Positions 13,300-26,221 are shown, counted from the stretch's first letter. The stretch is 64,000 bases of DNA from Diadema antillarum (GCF_040938485.1 NW_027270940.1:992001-1056000); one strand, 5' to 3'. Numbers and translations: made by a program. The notes: generated by a model not told the origin, from the sequence alone.

Positions 13300-13710
13300 T
13301 ATGGGCGATTCAATTCAGCTCGAAGAGCGCAGCTGAAGCGCAAGAAGCGGTCATAGCTGTGTCTGGCTGAGGACAGTTGCCTGCAACTTACAGGCCTCGA
13401 ACGTCGGATTGACTTCCTCAATAAACAGTCACATGCATGGCAATTATATTGTTATTAATGAAAAGATATTATATAAGCAAGAAGTCTGACATTACAATGT
13501 ATACCTGTGTCATGCCTCCTAGAACATCACTGACGGACCAACTCCGTTACTGGCTTTCCATTGACCGTAATGTTTTCCAGCTGTGGCATGTTACAGATCA
13601 AAATGAAATAAGAGCATAATAATGTATGTTTATTACGATAGTGTATAACATAAAACGTAGCACATACTTTAAGATATATCGAATCAAACTCCATTCAACA
13701 ACAGCAACAG

Positions 13711-14321
13711 CTATACCAAAAGCCACAAAAAACTGCAGAATTGCGACATGCACCTCGATGAGTTTCTGTACTCGTTCTTGCTGATAATGAAGCATGATAT
13801 AACTATTGTATTGAGCGTTTTGTTTTTTCGATATATCTTCTTCAGAGCCGTTTGAAGATTAACATTTGTTAGTTCTCGTAATCCTTTTAGAGTTGTATTT
13901 GACATTTTATAAGCTCTTGTGTTATGTAAGTCCTTCGGTTGAGGAGAAACAAAAATATTACTCAAAATTACTGATACGCCGTGAGACGGGAGACGGATAG
14001 GACTTATATTTGAGAACATTGCTGACGTATATGCCGAATATGTATCAAACACTTTGATAGTCGTTTCAATACTTGTCACTGTGACACTTTCCTTACTTTT
14101 TCTGTTTCAACAAGAAGTAAACAGAAGGAAGTGACTGATATATTTACTTCACAATTTGTGATCGATGAGACAATTGTGTTGGCGAATTTATCAGTCTTGC
14201 CATAGAAATGTACATCTTTACGAACAGAATGAGGGAAGATGCACACAAATTTAGCCAGGTTTTCTGCTGCTTGCGTATCCAGAACATCCGGCAAGGAAAT
14301 CTTAATGAAGCGATCACGAAT
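13711..14321 (-). CDS. NLR last exon (final LRR-like unit plus C-terminal tail), split over two frames
   Basis: Acceptor tttttttcag then IRDRFIKISLPDVLDTQAAENLAKFVCIFP; the frame ends at TGA 14078-14076 while a second open frame (KSKESVTVTSIE...LWLLV*) runs 14100-13711. One extra A in the A5 run at 14101-14097 would join them. Confidence 0.55.
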
Positions 14322-14419
14322 CTGAAAAAAAAACGAAGAAAACAAACCGCATGCACACTTTGAAGCATGAGGGCCTAATACACTAGTACCTGTTATATCT
14401 AATATTGATATATGATATA

Positions 14420-14422
<3 letters not shown>

Positions 14423-14451
<29 letters not shown>
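14423..14451. repeat. (TA)n microsatellite
   Basis: Directly visible. Confidence 0.9.
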
Positions 14452-14455
<4 letters not shown>

Positions 14456-14829
14456 TATTATGTATCCATTATATATTGATTCGTTTTTTCATTGTTGAGA
14501 ATTCAGTTCAATTCAAATACTTATGCGAAATTTCTTTTGCCCTGCTCAAATTACGTAATTATATATTATTTGCTTTCCTAGCTATAAAAAAACCACATCA
14601 TAACAATGCCATCACTTGTCACAGAGAAATACACGACACTTGTCATAATACACACAATCAAAAGGATTACAACCAATTTAATTCATTGCAGTATTAAAGA
14701 TAATTTCCTTTCTGTGATTGTTCGATAATTACAATTATTGAAGGAGCTTTGGTACCGGAAAGGAAAAATGGGGAAAACTGGGGACCCTCTTCCATCCCGT
14801 GAAACTCTTACTCCTGAAACCCCACACCA

Positions 14830-14928
14830 AATGATAATAATGATGATAATAATAATGATAATGAAAATGATAATAATAATAATGATAATAATGATGATAA
14901 TGATAATAATAACAATGATGATAATAAC
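14830..14928. repeat. (ATA/ATG)n trinucleotide repeat
   Basis: Directly visible; explains the Ile/Met-rich ORF 14738-14995. Confidence 0.9.
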
Positions 14929-15503
14929 AAAATACGACCCAACTATTTCAAGACCCGAAAATAATTTGGTTACAGCTCATTTTTCCGACGGTTGATTGAC
15001 ACGACAACCAAATAAGTTTCGTAATTCCGTATTTTGTCTGTCATTTTCGGATTAACAAACCTTCGGAATAACGAAAACCGTTTTCGAAACAACAATTTAA
15101 ACCAAAATTCTAATCACTTAACACTATAAACACGTTTGCTTTGGAAACGGAAACTCAACAAATTATTAGAAATGGTTAAAAACAAAGTCTACATTGGAAC
15201 CCCTCCTCGCTTAAAACAAAACAAAACAAAGAAAAAAAACAAAGAAAATTCTCATATCTGAACAGTTTTAACATTTTCGGGATTCTCTCTTTTACGGCAA
15301 AAATTTTGCCTATACGATGCATTTCTCCATATGTTGAAAGGCTTTATAACGAGGAAACGACAAATAAGTGAAGATATTTTTGTGATGAATGAGTATGCCG
15401 TTTTTGAAAGAAGAAAAGGTCTACATGCAGACGATGAGTAAGCACATGTTAAAAAAAAACACTCCGAAGGGCGTATTTTCGCAGTCAAAAAGGAAAGGTG
15501 TAC

Positions 15504-15671
15504 TTTAAGTTGGCATTCCTGATTAGATGGCTCCAGGTCCGTGGGCATTGGATAGAAGCAGCTCCATGTCACACTGAGGCTCAAAAGGCTTGGCAGGGTA
15601 AATACCCATTTGATAAAGTCTTTTTCAGTAGGGGATATCAATGGACACATGTTCAGCTCTAATTTCTGGAT
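15504..15671 (-). CDS. NLR LRR-like exon 4 (56 codons, phase 0-0)
   Basis: tttgtttacag acceptor; IQKLELNMCPLISPTEKDFIKWVFTLPSLLSLSV...ECQLK; donor GTACAC is weak, so the 3' boundary is less certain. Confidence 0.7.
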
Positions 15672-16649
15672 CTGTAAACAAAGAGAAAATTTACTATGAA
15701 GAAAATACATGAAAGTGTGAATATTGGACAATGACTAGACGTACGCACAATAGAACACCGTTCTAAATGGGTGGTGCATTTTTCGTTGAGACGGGGCTTT
15801 AGGTTTCCAACGTTTTATGGTGAGGATTCCTTTTTGAAAGATAGGCCCTACTGACAAACCTCTTATCATGCCTATGAAATATAAAGGAGGTTATAATTCA
15901 AAGTTTATTTGATGAAAATTGGTTTCAAATGGTTAAGAAGTCATTAAAGGAAGCGATCTAATAAAAGATGGAACGCACTTTTCAATAGATCACTTTACTG
16001 TACTTTTTTGGGGGATATGTCGGCCACATCAAAACTGATTTTCACCAAATAAACTGTGAATTCTTCTCGAGTTGTATACTCCATAACATTTCACAAAGTA
16101 GCTTCTAAGTATGTCACAGAAAGTGTGAAGCTGAATCCATAAATATCAAAGAGAGAAAGAGAGAGAAGAAATACCAACGGAATTTACTGATGGTCAATGG
16201 GAACCTGTCAACTTTCTTAACGATAATGTTAAAGCAAAGTTCACATAGTTTGATTGGCGTATAACATACTTCAAAGAATAAAAGGTTTGACAGTACGGGT
16301 GATATAGTTCTAAGAATTTGATAAGAATTTCCATTATAATTATGACTTGTACCCGTCACAAATACCATATCATTTGATTGGTTAAATCGTTGACAGTTTT
16401 CAGTTAGTAATTAGGTGTTACTAACATTACAAAACATGACAGGTTATTCAAAAACAACAACAACAAAACTTTGATACGATGGAATTTAAGCAAGATAATC
16501 AATCCACAAATGTCGTAAGTGATAAGTGAAGGATAACGGGGTTGTCGTCAGCACCTGTAACATTGATTTGCACAATATCTAGATTCATACTCATGCTCTA
16601 TGGCGAGCCCGAACTAATAACAGGTCATTATGCCTCCGTGATGTAAAAC

Positions 16650-16900
16650 TTCATTTAAGCTCTCGGGATGCGACAGATTTTGTGAAAGGCCTTTTGAAGG
16701 ATTTGTTTTAAATGCAGGGCATTATCTCTCACAGCATTTCAGCGTATATCAGCATGAGCTCTTCCTCTGATCTGATAGATTGTCATGCCTCTATAGTCAG
16801 ACATATTCATCCTTTAAAACTATGAAGCGTAAGAGTCGTATTCTCCCTTGCAGAGCACCACTTAAGATTCCTTTTCACCCAAGCACCAAGATCAGTGAAG
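16650..16900 (-). mobile_element. Possible very old CR1/L2-type RT C-terminal remnant
   Basis: Minus-strand FTDLGAWVKRNLKW resembles the RT-end motif DLGV...L.W; the rest is decayed. Confidence 0.25.
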
Positions 16901-17081
16901 ATGCATTTTTCTCACACCAATGCTACGTACATATTATGTTTTGTTCTAATAATAAAATGATATTCAGTGCTGTTATCTATAAATTCAAATGACTGAATGT
17001 TGAGTGAAACCAGCATAATACAAACTATGATGCGTTCTTCTCTACGTTCACTAACAAATGCTTATTGTGCATAAGAAATAC

Positions 17082-17252
17082 CTGACAGGATTTTGCCATG
17101 GCGATGGCTGTTGACAAGAAATTATCGGGAAAGCTCCCATCTCTCAAACTTAGGCTCGAAAGATTTGGCAGAGTATGCACCCATTGGGCCATGGGTCCTC
17201 CAATCAAGTCCAGATTTCGACTTTCAATGAAAGATAACGTCACATCTTGAAT
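17082..17252 (-). CDS. NLR LRR-like exon 3 (57 codons, phase 0-0)
   Basis: ttgttatttttcag acceptor; IQDVTLSF...MAQWVHTLPNLSSLSL...AKSCQ; GTATTT donor. Confidence 0.85.
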
Positions 17253-17437
17253 CTGAAAAATAACAAAATATACACCTGGAAGTGCGAAATCAAAACCAAA
17301 GTCGTGTGAATAAGCAGATATAAATGTATCTGAGGACGTGATATCAATGTCAGTTCTCAAACAGGGAACATGCCGCAAAACCAGCGAGGGCACCGTCATT
17401 TCAGTTTGTTTACTTCATTTCTTACAGAAATACAATT

Positions 17438-17916
17438 GAGTATCTGAATGTAAGAACGACCCAAGTCCATGGAAGACCATTTCGAGTAAACCAAAAAACT
17501 TCATATCTTTTTTATTTGTCCAATAATATTCTATTTAACTGTGATGGGAAGGCAACATTATATATACAAATTAGAACATATATCATTATGACAATTAACA
17601 TTTACATTGATTGTGGAGAGGCCATTTTGTGTGATAGACTTGGGTCGTTCTTTGAATCATATGGACTTGGGTCGTTCTCTGAATCATATTCATGATATTC
17701 TGCTATAGAGATGATAGAAGGATGAGAGAGGGCGCTATAATATGAATGTTAGAATGACCCAAGTCCTCCATTCTTACATTCATTTCAGGCACTTCCGGGG
17801 GTAATTAGGATTTATCATTTATACACAAGATGAGTCCATGCATAAGTTACAATTTTCCATGTCAAACTGAATTTGGCCAAAAATCGGACTTGGGTCGTTC
17901 TTATATTCAGGTCTTC
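17438..17916 (-). mobile_element. Intact 479-bp MITE with AATT flanks (empty twin of 623-4222)
   Basis: AATT at 17434-17437 and 17917-17920; TIR cores AAGAACGACCCAAGTCC / GGACTTGGGTCGTTCTT; continuous across the site occupied by the Sola-like element in the other copy. Confidence 0.85.
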
Positions 17917-18868
17917 AATTGCAAAAAAGACATTTCAATGCGTAAAAACTATAGGGTTCTACAGAATCAATACAACACTCTAAGCACGGAAAATACTGTG
18001 AACTGAAATACAATAGATGCGACTTTTAAAGTAAATATCGTATCAACATTGATAAAAAAAATAGAAAGCACGGTAATAAAAAAAAACCAGAAAAACACTG
18101 ATCTCTGTGTAACTATGGAAATCAGTGGGAGAAGGGGGCGAAGCGGTTGAAGGGTCAAAACCAGGGCGAGCAAGGCACGATATGTTTGGGATCGCGGAGG
18201 TATAAGTACAAGGGTTTGTATTTAATGAAAGACTATATATAAGCGATTATGATAGAAAGGGGTTGGAATTAGGGCTTTCTAATATACTTTATACCTTGAA
18301 AGTAAACGTGCAAAAGACTTAAAACTTCTTCAATATAATTATCCAGAGAGTTCTAACATTTTCAGCTTGCACAGATAATTAAAATTTGGTTAGTTAAAAA
18401 AAAGAGTCGTAGTCAAGGGCATTTATTGAAATACATCGGATTGCGAAATAGACAGTTTCGTTTTGAACGGACATGGAATTGAATACAGGAGGGAGATGAT
18501 GGCTAATAAAAGCAATTATGAAGCAGATGATCATTGTCATGCCATGTCCATGATTCCTTAAAAATAATACGAAGATTTTTTTTCCTGTTATGATGTTATT
18601 CTCTCATTCATTCACTTTTAACAGTCCCATGCAGGAAATTCTTCAAAGTATTGAAATTCTTGTTAGAAAATGGAGAAACCATGCAACGAAAAATAAACTT
18701 TGCTTGAAAACGTGGTAAATCCATTTCCGTTTTGTTTCAAAAGGTGCTAAATCCAATAGAATCCTATTCGAAACCATTGTACATGATTAAATGCACTTTG
18801 ACCCCATAGTAAGGCCAAGTTGGCTAGCTTTCCTGTCTGTTTAGCTTTCCAGATGACCAACGTCTTGG

Positions 18869-19690
18869 TTAACTCCGCCAGTAGGTGAAACCTACGGTCG
18901 GTGGAGATTATGTTTTCGGTTCCGTATGATTGTCTGCATGTCTGTCGGGTTGTTTGTCTGTTTGTCAGTCTGTCTTTCTGTACGTGTACAATATAATTCA
19001 AGAACGGGTGAATGAACTTTCATAAAGTTAGCAGAGTATGTACATAATAAGGAAATATTAATGAACAATTAATGTTGGGGGTCATGAGATCGAGGGTCAA
19101 ATGTCATAGGGGTCATAAAGGACATACAAAAAACTTAATTTCCCAATAACTAAAAAACGACTGATTAGATTTCAATTAACACTTGCAGTGTTTACAAAAA
19201 GATAAGAAAGACATACTCTAATTTAGGGATCAAGCAGTCAAAGGTCAATAGGAGACATAAAGGACATAAAATCAGCTTTGTTCCTCTATAACTCCACAAT
19301 GGTTGATCACATTTCCGCTAAACTTGTAGATTATGTTATGTGAAGTACGAAAGAAACTATGATGTCAAAGGTCAAAGGCATAGTATCCATAAAGGACATA
19401 AAACAAGCTTAATTTCTCGGTAACTCAAGAACGGATGAAAACGTGGAAGTGCGTTCACAATGAAGAAAGAATCGGTTAAATTTGGGGTATTGAGGTCAAA
19501 GATGAACGGCCATAACGGTGATAAAGAACATTGTCATCAATGGTTGATGGGTTTTTCTCCAATGTGTTACACAGATATCCCTGTACCTTTATATACGGTT
19601 GTGTTAAAGATACTGGCTACGAAATAGCGATATTTTAATCTTGACTGTTTGCTGGAGGGTTTGCTGTCTTAAAGTGCTCCTCTGCAGTTA
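18869..19690 (+). mobile_element. DINE-1-like Helentron-derived element (HINE), older family
   Basis: 5' TTAACTCCGCC...GGTGGAGATTATGTTTT, a GTCT-type microsatellite, repeated GGTCAAAGGTCA motifs, 3' GGAGGGTTTGC...AGTGC. Confidence 0.55.
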
Positions 19691-20091
19691 TTTGCGGTGA
19701 AATGTTTCATTTCTATGTATAAAAACAGAGACTTTGGAGGGAATAAGGAAACAGGAAAACATACAGAGATGAGAAATCATACAAGAACAAAATACACCAC
19801 GTGTTATTAACGAGTTACTTGTACAATATTTTGGGGTATGTAATCATATATAAGTTTGGAAATCATGAAAGGAAGAGAAAATGTGAGTAAAACTGACTTT
19901 GGCAATTTAACTTTTAGAGTACTCTAATCTTCAAGATATGTTTCCGTATGATTAAGTGAAAGGGAAAATTATATGCCATTTTAAAGTGTAGCATCTCGCA
20001 AGTTCAGATCTACCAAAACCGAAAAATTACTTGAGATGATGCTTTTAAAATGACAAAGTACATTCGACTGATATTTGTTTGTTTTTTCACT

Positions 20092-20094
<3 letters not shown>

Positions 20095-20133
<39 letters not shown>
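20095..20133. repeat. (CA)n microsatellite abutting the LINE 5' end
   Basis: Directly visible; supplies the THTH run of ORF 20079-22640. Confidence 0.9.
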
Positions 20134-20136
<3 letters not shown>

Positions 20137-20139
20137 ATA

Positions 20140-23100
20140 CATGCAAAAGAAATGTACATTTCTTAAATTCATCTGTAAATGAACATTACTTAAATTCATC
20201 TGTAAATGAATTGCCTTATGATTTTGGTGGAGAGTTAACTGAAAATATGTTGTGTAAATATATTACTGTGAATCAATGTAAAGATATTTACGAAAGTTTT
20301 TCTGAAGATACATTTTCTTTGTTGCATTTAAATATCAGGAGTTTGAATAAGCATTTTGATGAGTTAAAATTATTTTTAGAGACTGATGCAAATCAGGCAT
20401 TTTCTGTTATTGGTTTAAGTGAAACCTGGTTAAATTCCAACACTGAAAATTTTTTCAACATTGACGGCTACAATATATTTGCTAATAACAGGCCCGATAA
20501 GAGTGGTGGAGGTGTTGCACTGTACATATCGAATGCTTTTGAATGTATTGTTCATGATGATATTTCCAGAATGGATAATATTGTTGAATCATTATTTTTA
20601 GAAATTTACATCCCAGGAATTAGGAATATTGTGGTCGGCATTATGTACAGACCTCCAAACTCCAATATCAAGGATTTTTTAACTTACCTTTCAGATTTGA
20701 TAAAATCCCCAGTTTTTAAAGATAAGGATTGTTTCTTTCTCGGCGACTTCAATATTAACTTATTCAAGTTGGAAAATGATACTGCCGCACACGAGTTTCT
20801 TCAAACATTTTTGTCCTCTTCTTTTCTTCCGCTTATTTCGAAACCTACGCGTGTCACTGATCACTCTGCTACTCTGATCGACAATATGTTTTGTAATACC
20901 CTACCCCTTATTAATTCTTATATAATTCTTTCAGATATGACAGACCATTATCCAATTATGACTCATTTTGCGCTTAAAACCTCAGTTAATAATGTTAAAT
21001 TTTTCTCATCTCCTTTATTGAGTCGTAGAGTCTCGTCTGAAAAGCTAGCTAGTCTTGATGCGGTTCTCGAAACTGTTGATTGGTCAAGAGTTTTTGAAAG
21101 TGATGATATTAATTTGTCTTTTGATTATTTCATGGAAACATTTAATTATCATTTGGATAATGTAATTCCGAAACAAAAAAATAAACCAGATTATAAAAAG
21201 ACACCTAGGTTGCCGTGGATTACAAAATCAATTCTTCGGTCGATTAACAGGAAAAATCGATTGTATTATAGATACAAATTGGAAAAAAATGAGCGATCAA
21301 AACGTAAATACACTTTATATAAAAGTACTCTAACTATGATTTTACGTTCTGAAAAGAAAAGATACTATTTTAAGCAATTGCAAAGATACAAGTTTGATAT
21401 GAAAAATACTTGGAATGTGTTAAAGCAAGCTATGAATGTCTCGAGTAAAAAATCTGGTTTCGACAACATTAAGTTGAATGATGAAATCATCAGTGACCCT
21501 GTTCACATTGCAAATGCTTTCAATTCTTACTTTTCAAAGATAGGTGAAAGTTACGCCCAAAATATTCCTGCGTTAGAGCATCATTTTACTGAATATTTAG
21601 GCCAGCGCAATTCCAATTCTGTTTATTTTACTCCAACTAATAGACATGAGATTATTGATATTGTATCTTCTCTTAAGAACAAGAGGAGTTCTGGGTATGA
21701 TGATATAGATAATTTCATTCTTAAAGGTGTCATATCTTCAGTTGTTGATCCACTTGTTCATATATTCAATTTGTCAATTTCTAACGGTGTGTTTCCTGAC
21801 AAGATGAAACTGGCCAAAGTAATTCCATTATTTAAGAAGGGTGATAAATCCGATGTTAGTAATTATCGTCCAATTTCATTATTATCATCGTTGTCCAAAG
21901 TTTTAGAGAAACTCATTTATAAGAGAACTATTGGTTTTTTGAAGTTGCATAATATTTTTACTAATTCGCAATTCGGTTTTCGAGAGAAGCATAATACAAC
22001 TCATGCTCTTTTATATTTTATTGATAAAGTGGCTCACGCAATTGATAATCACTCTCATTTAATTAGTATTTTCTTGGACTTCTCCAAGGCCTTCGACACT
22101 GTTGATCACGATATTCTACTCCACAAGTTATCACATTACGGAATACGTGGGAAGGCCTTGGAGTGGTTCAAGAGTTATTTGGAAAATAGAAGACAGTTTG
22201 TTATAATCAAAGATAATTGTTCAGTGATAAGAGAAGTAAATTGTGGTGTTCCGCAGGGAAGTTTATTAGGGCCACTGTTATTTATTGTTTATATTAATGA
22301 TTTTTGTCAGGCATCTGAAGTACTTTCTTTCATCCATTTTGCTGACGATACCAATGTATTTTTTGCCCACAATGATGCTAATTTTCTTGTTCTAAAAGTT
22401 AATTCTGAATTACAAAAAGTGAGTAATTGGGTAAGAGCCAACAAATTATCCTTGAATGCCCAAAAAACGAAATACATGATTTTCAGTAATACTGTTGATA
22501 CTCTGAGTACAGCTATAGTTTTGAATGATATCAGTTGGAAAGAGTTTCACATCTTAAATTTCTTGGAATTATTGTTGACGACAAACTTTCCTGGAAGTTA
22601 CATATTGATTATATATCCAACACAATCTCGCGTAATATAGGCGTTATAAATAGAATGAATTCGTATATTCCACAAAAATCATTACTTATGTTATATTCTT
22701 CATTGATATTGCCTTATCTTAATTATGGTGTTTTAGTATGGGGTAACACTCATCAGAATCTACTGGATAGAGTGTTTCTCCTACAAAAGAAAGCTCTCCG
22801 TATCATCTGTTATCCTTCCATACCCTCCCACTCAAATTTGTTATTTTCCTCCAATAAGCTATTAAAAATTAAAGATTTGTTTTTATATAATTTGGGGCAA
22901 TTTATGTACATGTACAGCAACGACTCACTCCCGTCCATTTTTGCTTCTATGTTTCAAAGAAATCAATCATTCCATGAGTATCCCACTCGACGCTCCAATG
23001 AATTTCATTTACCTCTTTTACGAACGATGTTTGCTAAGAACACACTTATTTACACTGGCCCAACTTACTGGAATTCCCTGAATAATGATATAAAAGATTC

Positions 23101-23176
23101 CCCCTCTATATATTCATTTAAAAGAAGATTAAAGCTTTCTTTATTGCAATTTTATGATCCCACAGAATTGAATTAG
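20140..23176 (+). pseudogene. LINE ORF2 (endonuclease-reverse transcriptase) with a single frameshift near 22530
   Basis: ORF 20079-22640 reads to ...IVLND, then the RT end (ERVSHLKFLGIIVDDKLSW) continues in ORF 22535-23176. Confidence 0.9.
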
Positions 23177-23908
23177 CCTGTTGGCTTATTTCAATTCCTT
23201 TTCGAAGAACTTGGCTTACAAGTGATATACCGTATTTTCTCGTCTCTCTTGTCCTGAGACACCTACAGAGTAGGTTTGATTTCATTTATATTATTTCTGC
23301 ATCTATTTCTCTATACTTTTCTATATAATGGTATCCTTTTCACGCATCCCATCATTTTTTTCAATGAATTCTGTCGAGGATCACTGGATCTGCTCTGTCT
23401 TTCTGTCCGTTGTATTGTCTTCCTGTTATATTAGTCTTGTCTCGTTCTGTCTTGTCTCGTTCTGTCTTGTCTATGAGTCCCCCTTTATTAGTTTCGCCGT
23501 CCCAGTTTCGTTTTCTGTTTACTCGCCTGAGTATGTATGTCTGTTTGATACTCTATCTTCCTAGAGAGCTTCCAGACTTTTTTCTTTTTTACTTTATTCC
23601 CAGTCTTTCTTCCCCTTTTTGCATCAGTTCAATTTCTATTGACATTCTGTACTTGAGGGGCCCACATTCTACAAGCATTGTCTTTTTAGTGGGTCCCTCC
23701 ATTTTTCGATGTCTTACGCATTATGTCGTGTTTATCATTTCAGTCAAGTTTCATTACAACGTATTTCTTATTCCAAGGTTCTTCGATTTTATTTTTCTCA
23801 ATTTACTTTGTCTTGACTATGCAACCTTATTCTCTGTTACCAAAGAAAGTGAAATGTTTATGTTCTTTTCGAAAAATGAAATAAAGCATGAATTGAATTG
23901 AATTGAAT
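20140..23908 (+). mobile_element. L2/CR1-group (Crack/Daphne-like) LINE: nearly full ORF2, 3' UTR and (TTGAA)n tail, antisense in an NLR intron
   Basis: APE motifs HLNIRSL, GLSETWL, GGGVALY, YRPP, GDFNI, DHYPI; RT motifs NYRPISLL, QFGFR, FLDFSKAFDTVDH, GVPQGSLLGPLLF, FADDT; AATAAA then GAATT repeats at about 23880-23908. No ORF1 seen. Confidence 0.92.
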
Positions 23909-24030
23909 TTGCAGACAATCAGTATATGCATAATTGTATATACGTCAAAGAAGACAGAATCGTCTGATCTTTCAGTGAATTTTCGCATTCGAATTACGCG
24001 TATTATAGTAGTCAACAGAAATATACTTAC

Positions 24031-24216
24031 CTGACAGGAGTATGTCATGGTGACTGCTGTTGAAAAGAAATTGTGTGGCAAGTTGTAGCAATAATTCACA
24101 GCGAAGCTCGAAAGACGTGGCAGTGTACACGCCCATTGGGCCAAGCATTCTCCAAGCGACAATGTATGTAGAGAGTTGTCTGTCCAGTTTTGATTGCACA
24201 ACTCGAGATACTGTAT
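24031..24216 (-). CDS. NLR LRR-like exon 2 (62 codons, phase 0-0)
   Basis: tgttgtttgatatag acceptor; IQYLEL...CLAQWACTLPRLSSFAV...YSCQ; GTAAGT donor. Confidence 0.87.
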
Positions 24217-24592
24217 CTATATCAAACAACAGAAACCAAACAAAATTTCGAGAAAAAAAAACAAATTATACAAAGATTCAATGTTTGTTATCAGTATAGG
24301 CCTTTGCGTAACAGCAGTGTGAAAGTAAAAGGCTGCATCGAAACAAATACACACATTCATAAAGATGTTGAAACTCATGTCCCAAATCTATAAGGTCCTA
24401 ATACAATAAAGTATACCTTGCATTTTCTTCGGCTCTAGCGAATTGTCGATAACACAAAAGAGCGTAGTCCCCCCCCCCCAAAAAAAAAAGAGAAATAAAA
24501 GTGTATCTACCAAAACTATTTCATTGTGCAATTTGTCTTTCAAGGAAACAGTGTGAAAAAAAAAAACACGTTCATCTCCAGTGAGAACATTA

Positions 24593-24799
24593 CTGTAAAA
24601 CATGATATATTCGCGGCACGAAATTTTCGCGAATTGGAGCCGACGGCCTTTTTCGTGGCATGAAATTTTCGCGATTTGCCACTGACGTTCAATGCATTTA
24701 GTGTAGACAAGAAATTTCGCGTGCATTTTAATTTCGCGAATCTTGGCGCTCGCGAAATTCGCGAAATTAAAATGCACGCGAACATTCCTCGTTTTACAG
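24593..24799. mobile_element. 207-bp TA-TSD MITE (Tc1/mariner type)
   Basis: ta CTGTAAAAC ... GTTTTACAG ta; internal TTTCGCGAA repeats. Confidence 0.8.
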
Positions 24800-24937
24800 T
24801 ATGTGGTTTGCACAGTGGCAAACACGAAATGTACGGTTTACACCTCATGGGAGTGTCTCTGTGTGTGTTTTGAGTGTTACTTGACTTTGGCGATTGAAGA
24901 TTTTAAGTGATTTCGTTTTTAAGCATAATTGCGCTGA

Positions 24938-25329
24938 GGTCCTAGTCACATGACTGTACTGGTAAACACGGATCTTCAAGAATCTACATGATGATCTGGG
25001 GAGTTCCGGGATAGTTTCGCCCTGGATGTATACTATAGCGTCGACGAGAGTTGATGTGACTGTACATGCGGACCAACACGGCATCTACAAGGATCAAAAC
25101 GGCAGCTACACGGATCAACACGGCAGGTACACGGTAGCCACACGGACCACCCCGGATCGCTCTGCCAACACGGCAGTCCCCAGATGACGCCGGATGTTTT
25201 TGACCTCCAAAAGTTGTCATGTTGGCCTCCCGCCCGGATGTCCAAGGATGTCCAGGGTGTCAACATGGATATCTTCTCGGATCACCCCGGATCAGATCAG
25301 GGGTGATCCGGAATGTCGTGACTGGGGCT
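24938..25329. mobile_element. PIF/Harbinger-like MITE, 392 bp
   Basis: Imperfect TIR GGTCCTAGTCAC / GTGACTGGGGCT; 3-bp TSD TGA (24935-24937, 25330-25332); GC-rich CACGG repeats. Confidence 0.65.
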
Positions 25330-26221
25330 TGAGCGATGCATAAATACGCATATCTGTGCTATCATAGGGGCAACTAATAGGTGCCCGTTCTCTCCCGAAA
25401 CTCGCTGTGGGTATAGAAAGGTGGAACTTGTATAAATGGACGATGGAAGAAAGAATGGTCCTGAAGGGGATTCACTCTCATTTTTTCTAGAGGAAATATG
25501 AAGAGATTTATTGCAAAATGAGCTAAGCGCCATTTTTAAACATTTCAAAGTAAGTCCATCATCAGATAGAGGGAATATTTTAGAGTTTATGATTTAAGAT
25601 TTCTCGTATTTTCTTATTATTCTTCTTGTTTTTAGCATATTTAGTCTCAAATATCTAAACTTCACAAGATTGGAGTTAGCTTGTTGTTTTGCAATGTTAG
25701 GCATAATGACAGTGCGTTCCTGTCAACATGAAGAGATAAAGATGATTCATACTGTTATTTTTCTTTTAAAGCCAGACTTAAATGGCAATACTTTTAAACT
25801 TTATTGCCTTAACGCCCATCTGAATATCGGCATTTCCTTATTTTTTTCATGCAAATTCAATTTCGTTCAGCCAATCCTCCTGCTGTTTCCTCTACCAGAC
25901 TATCGCCTTTAATCATCGAAACATTTGTTCCATCCTGTTTCATAACAACCTGACAACTTTACTTTGAACAAACATATAAACAGGAATATCACTCAATCAT
26001 AGATTCAGTGGATTTTGTTTCTTTAAAGCTTCGAAGGCTTCCATGGCGGTAGAACGTTGCCGGCGCACCACATATCATTCTCTAGGGTAGGTGTTTGGCC
26101 TTGAAAAGGGCCTACCCAGTCCCGACGTTTCGGCAAGCATGTTTCCGTTACTCGTAAGTTTATTTTTTTTTTTTATCATTACTATTATTATTATTATTAT
26201 TATTATTTTAATAAGGATAAC

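Noticed and set aside
14102-14147. 46-bp GT-AG intron that might repair the last-exon frame break
   Set aside because: The donor is phase 0 but the acceptor leaves one extra base, so frame is not restored; it is also very short.
17253-17399. First 49 codons of ORF 17025-17399 as NLR coding sequence
   Set aside because: A polypyrimidine/AG acceptor at 17253 gives an Ile-Gln start like the sister exons, so the upstream part is intron.
20079-20140. N-terminus of the 853-aa ORF (MFFHSYTYTHTH...)
   Set aside because: It is read-through of a (CA)n microsatellite, not part of LINE ORF2.
23328-23901. Hydrophobic ORFs of 78 and 163 aa
   Set aside because: Pyrimidine-rich LINE 3' UTR with TCTTG repeats; no motifs.
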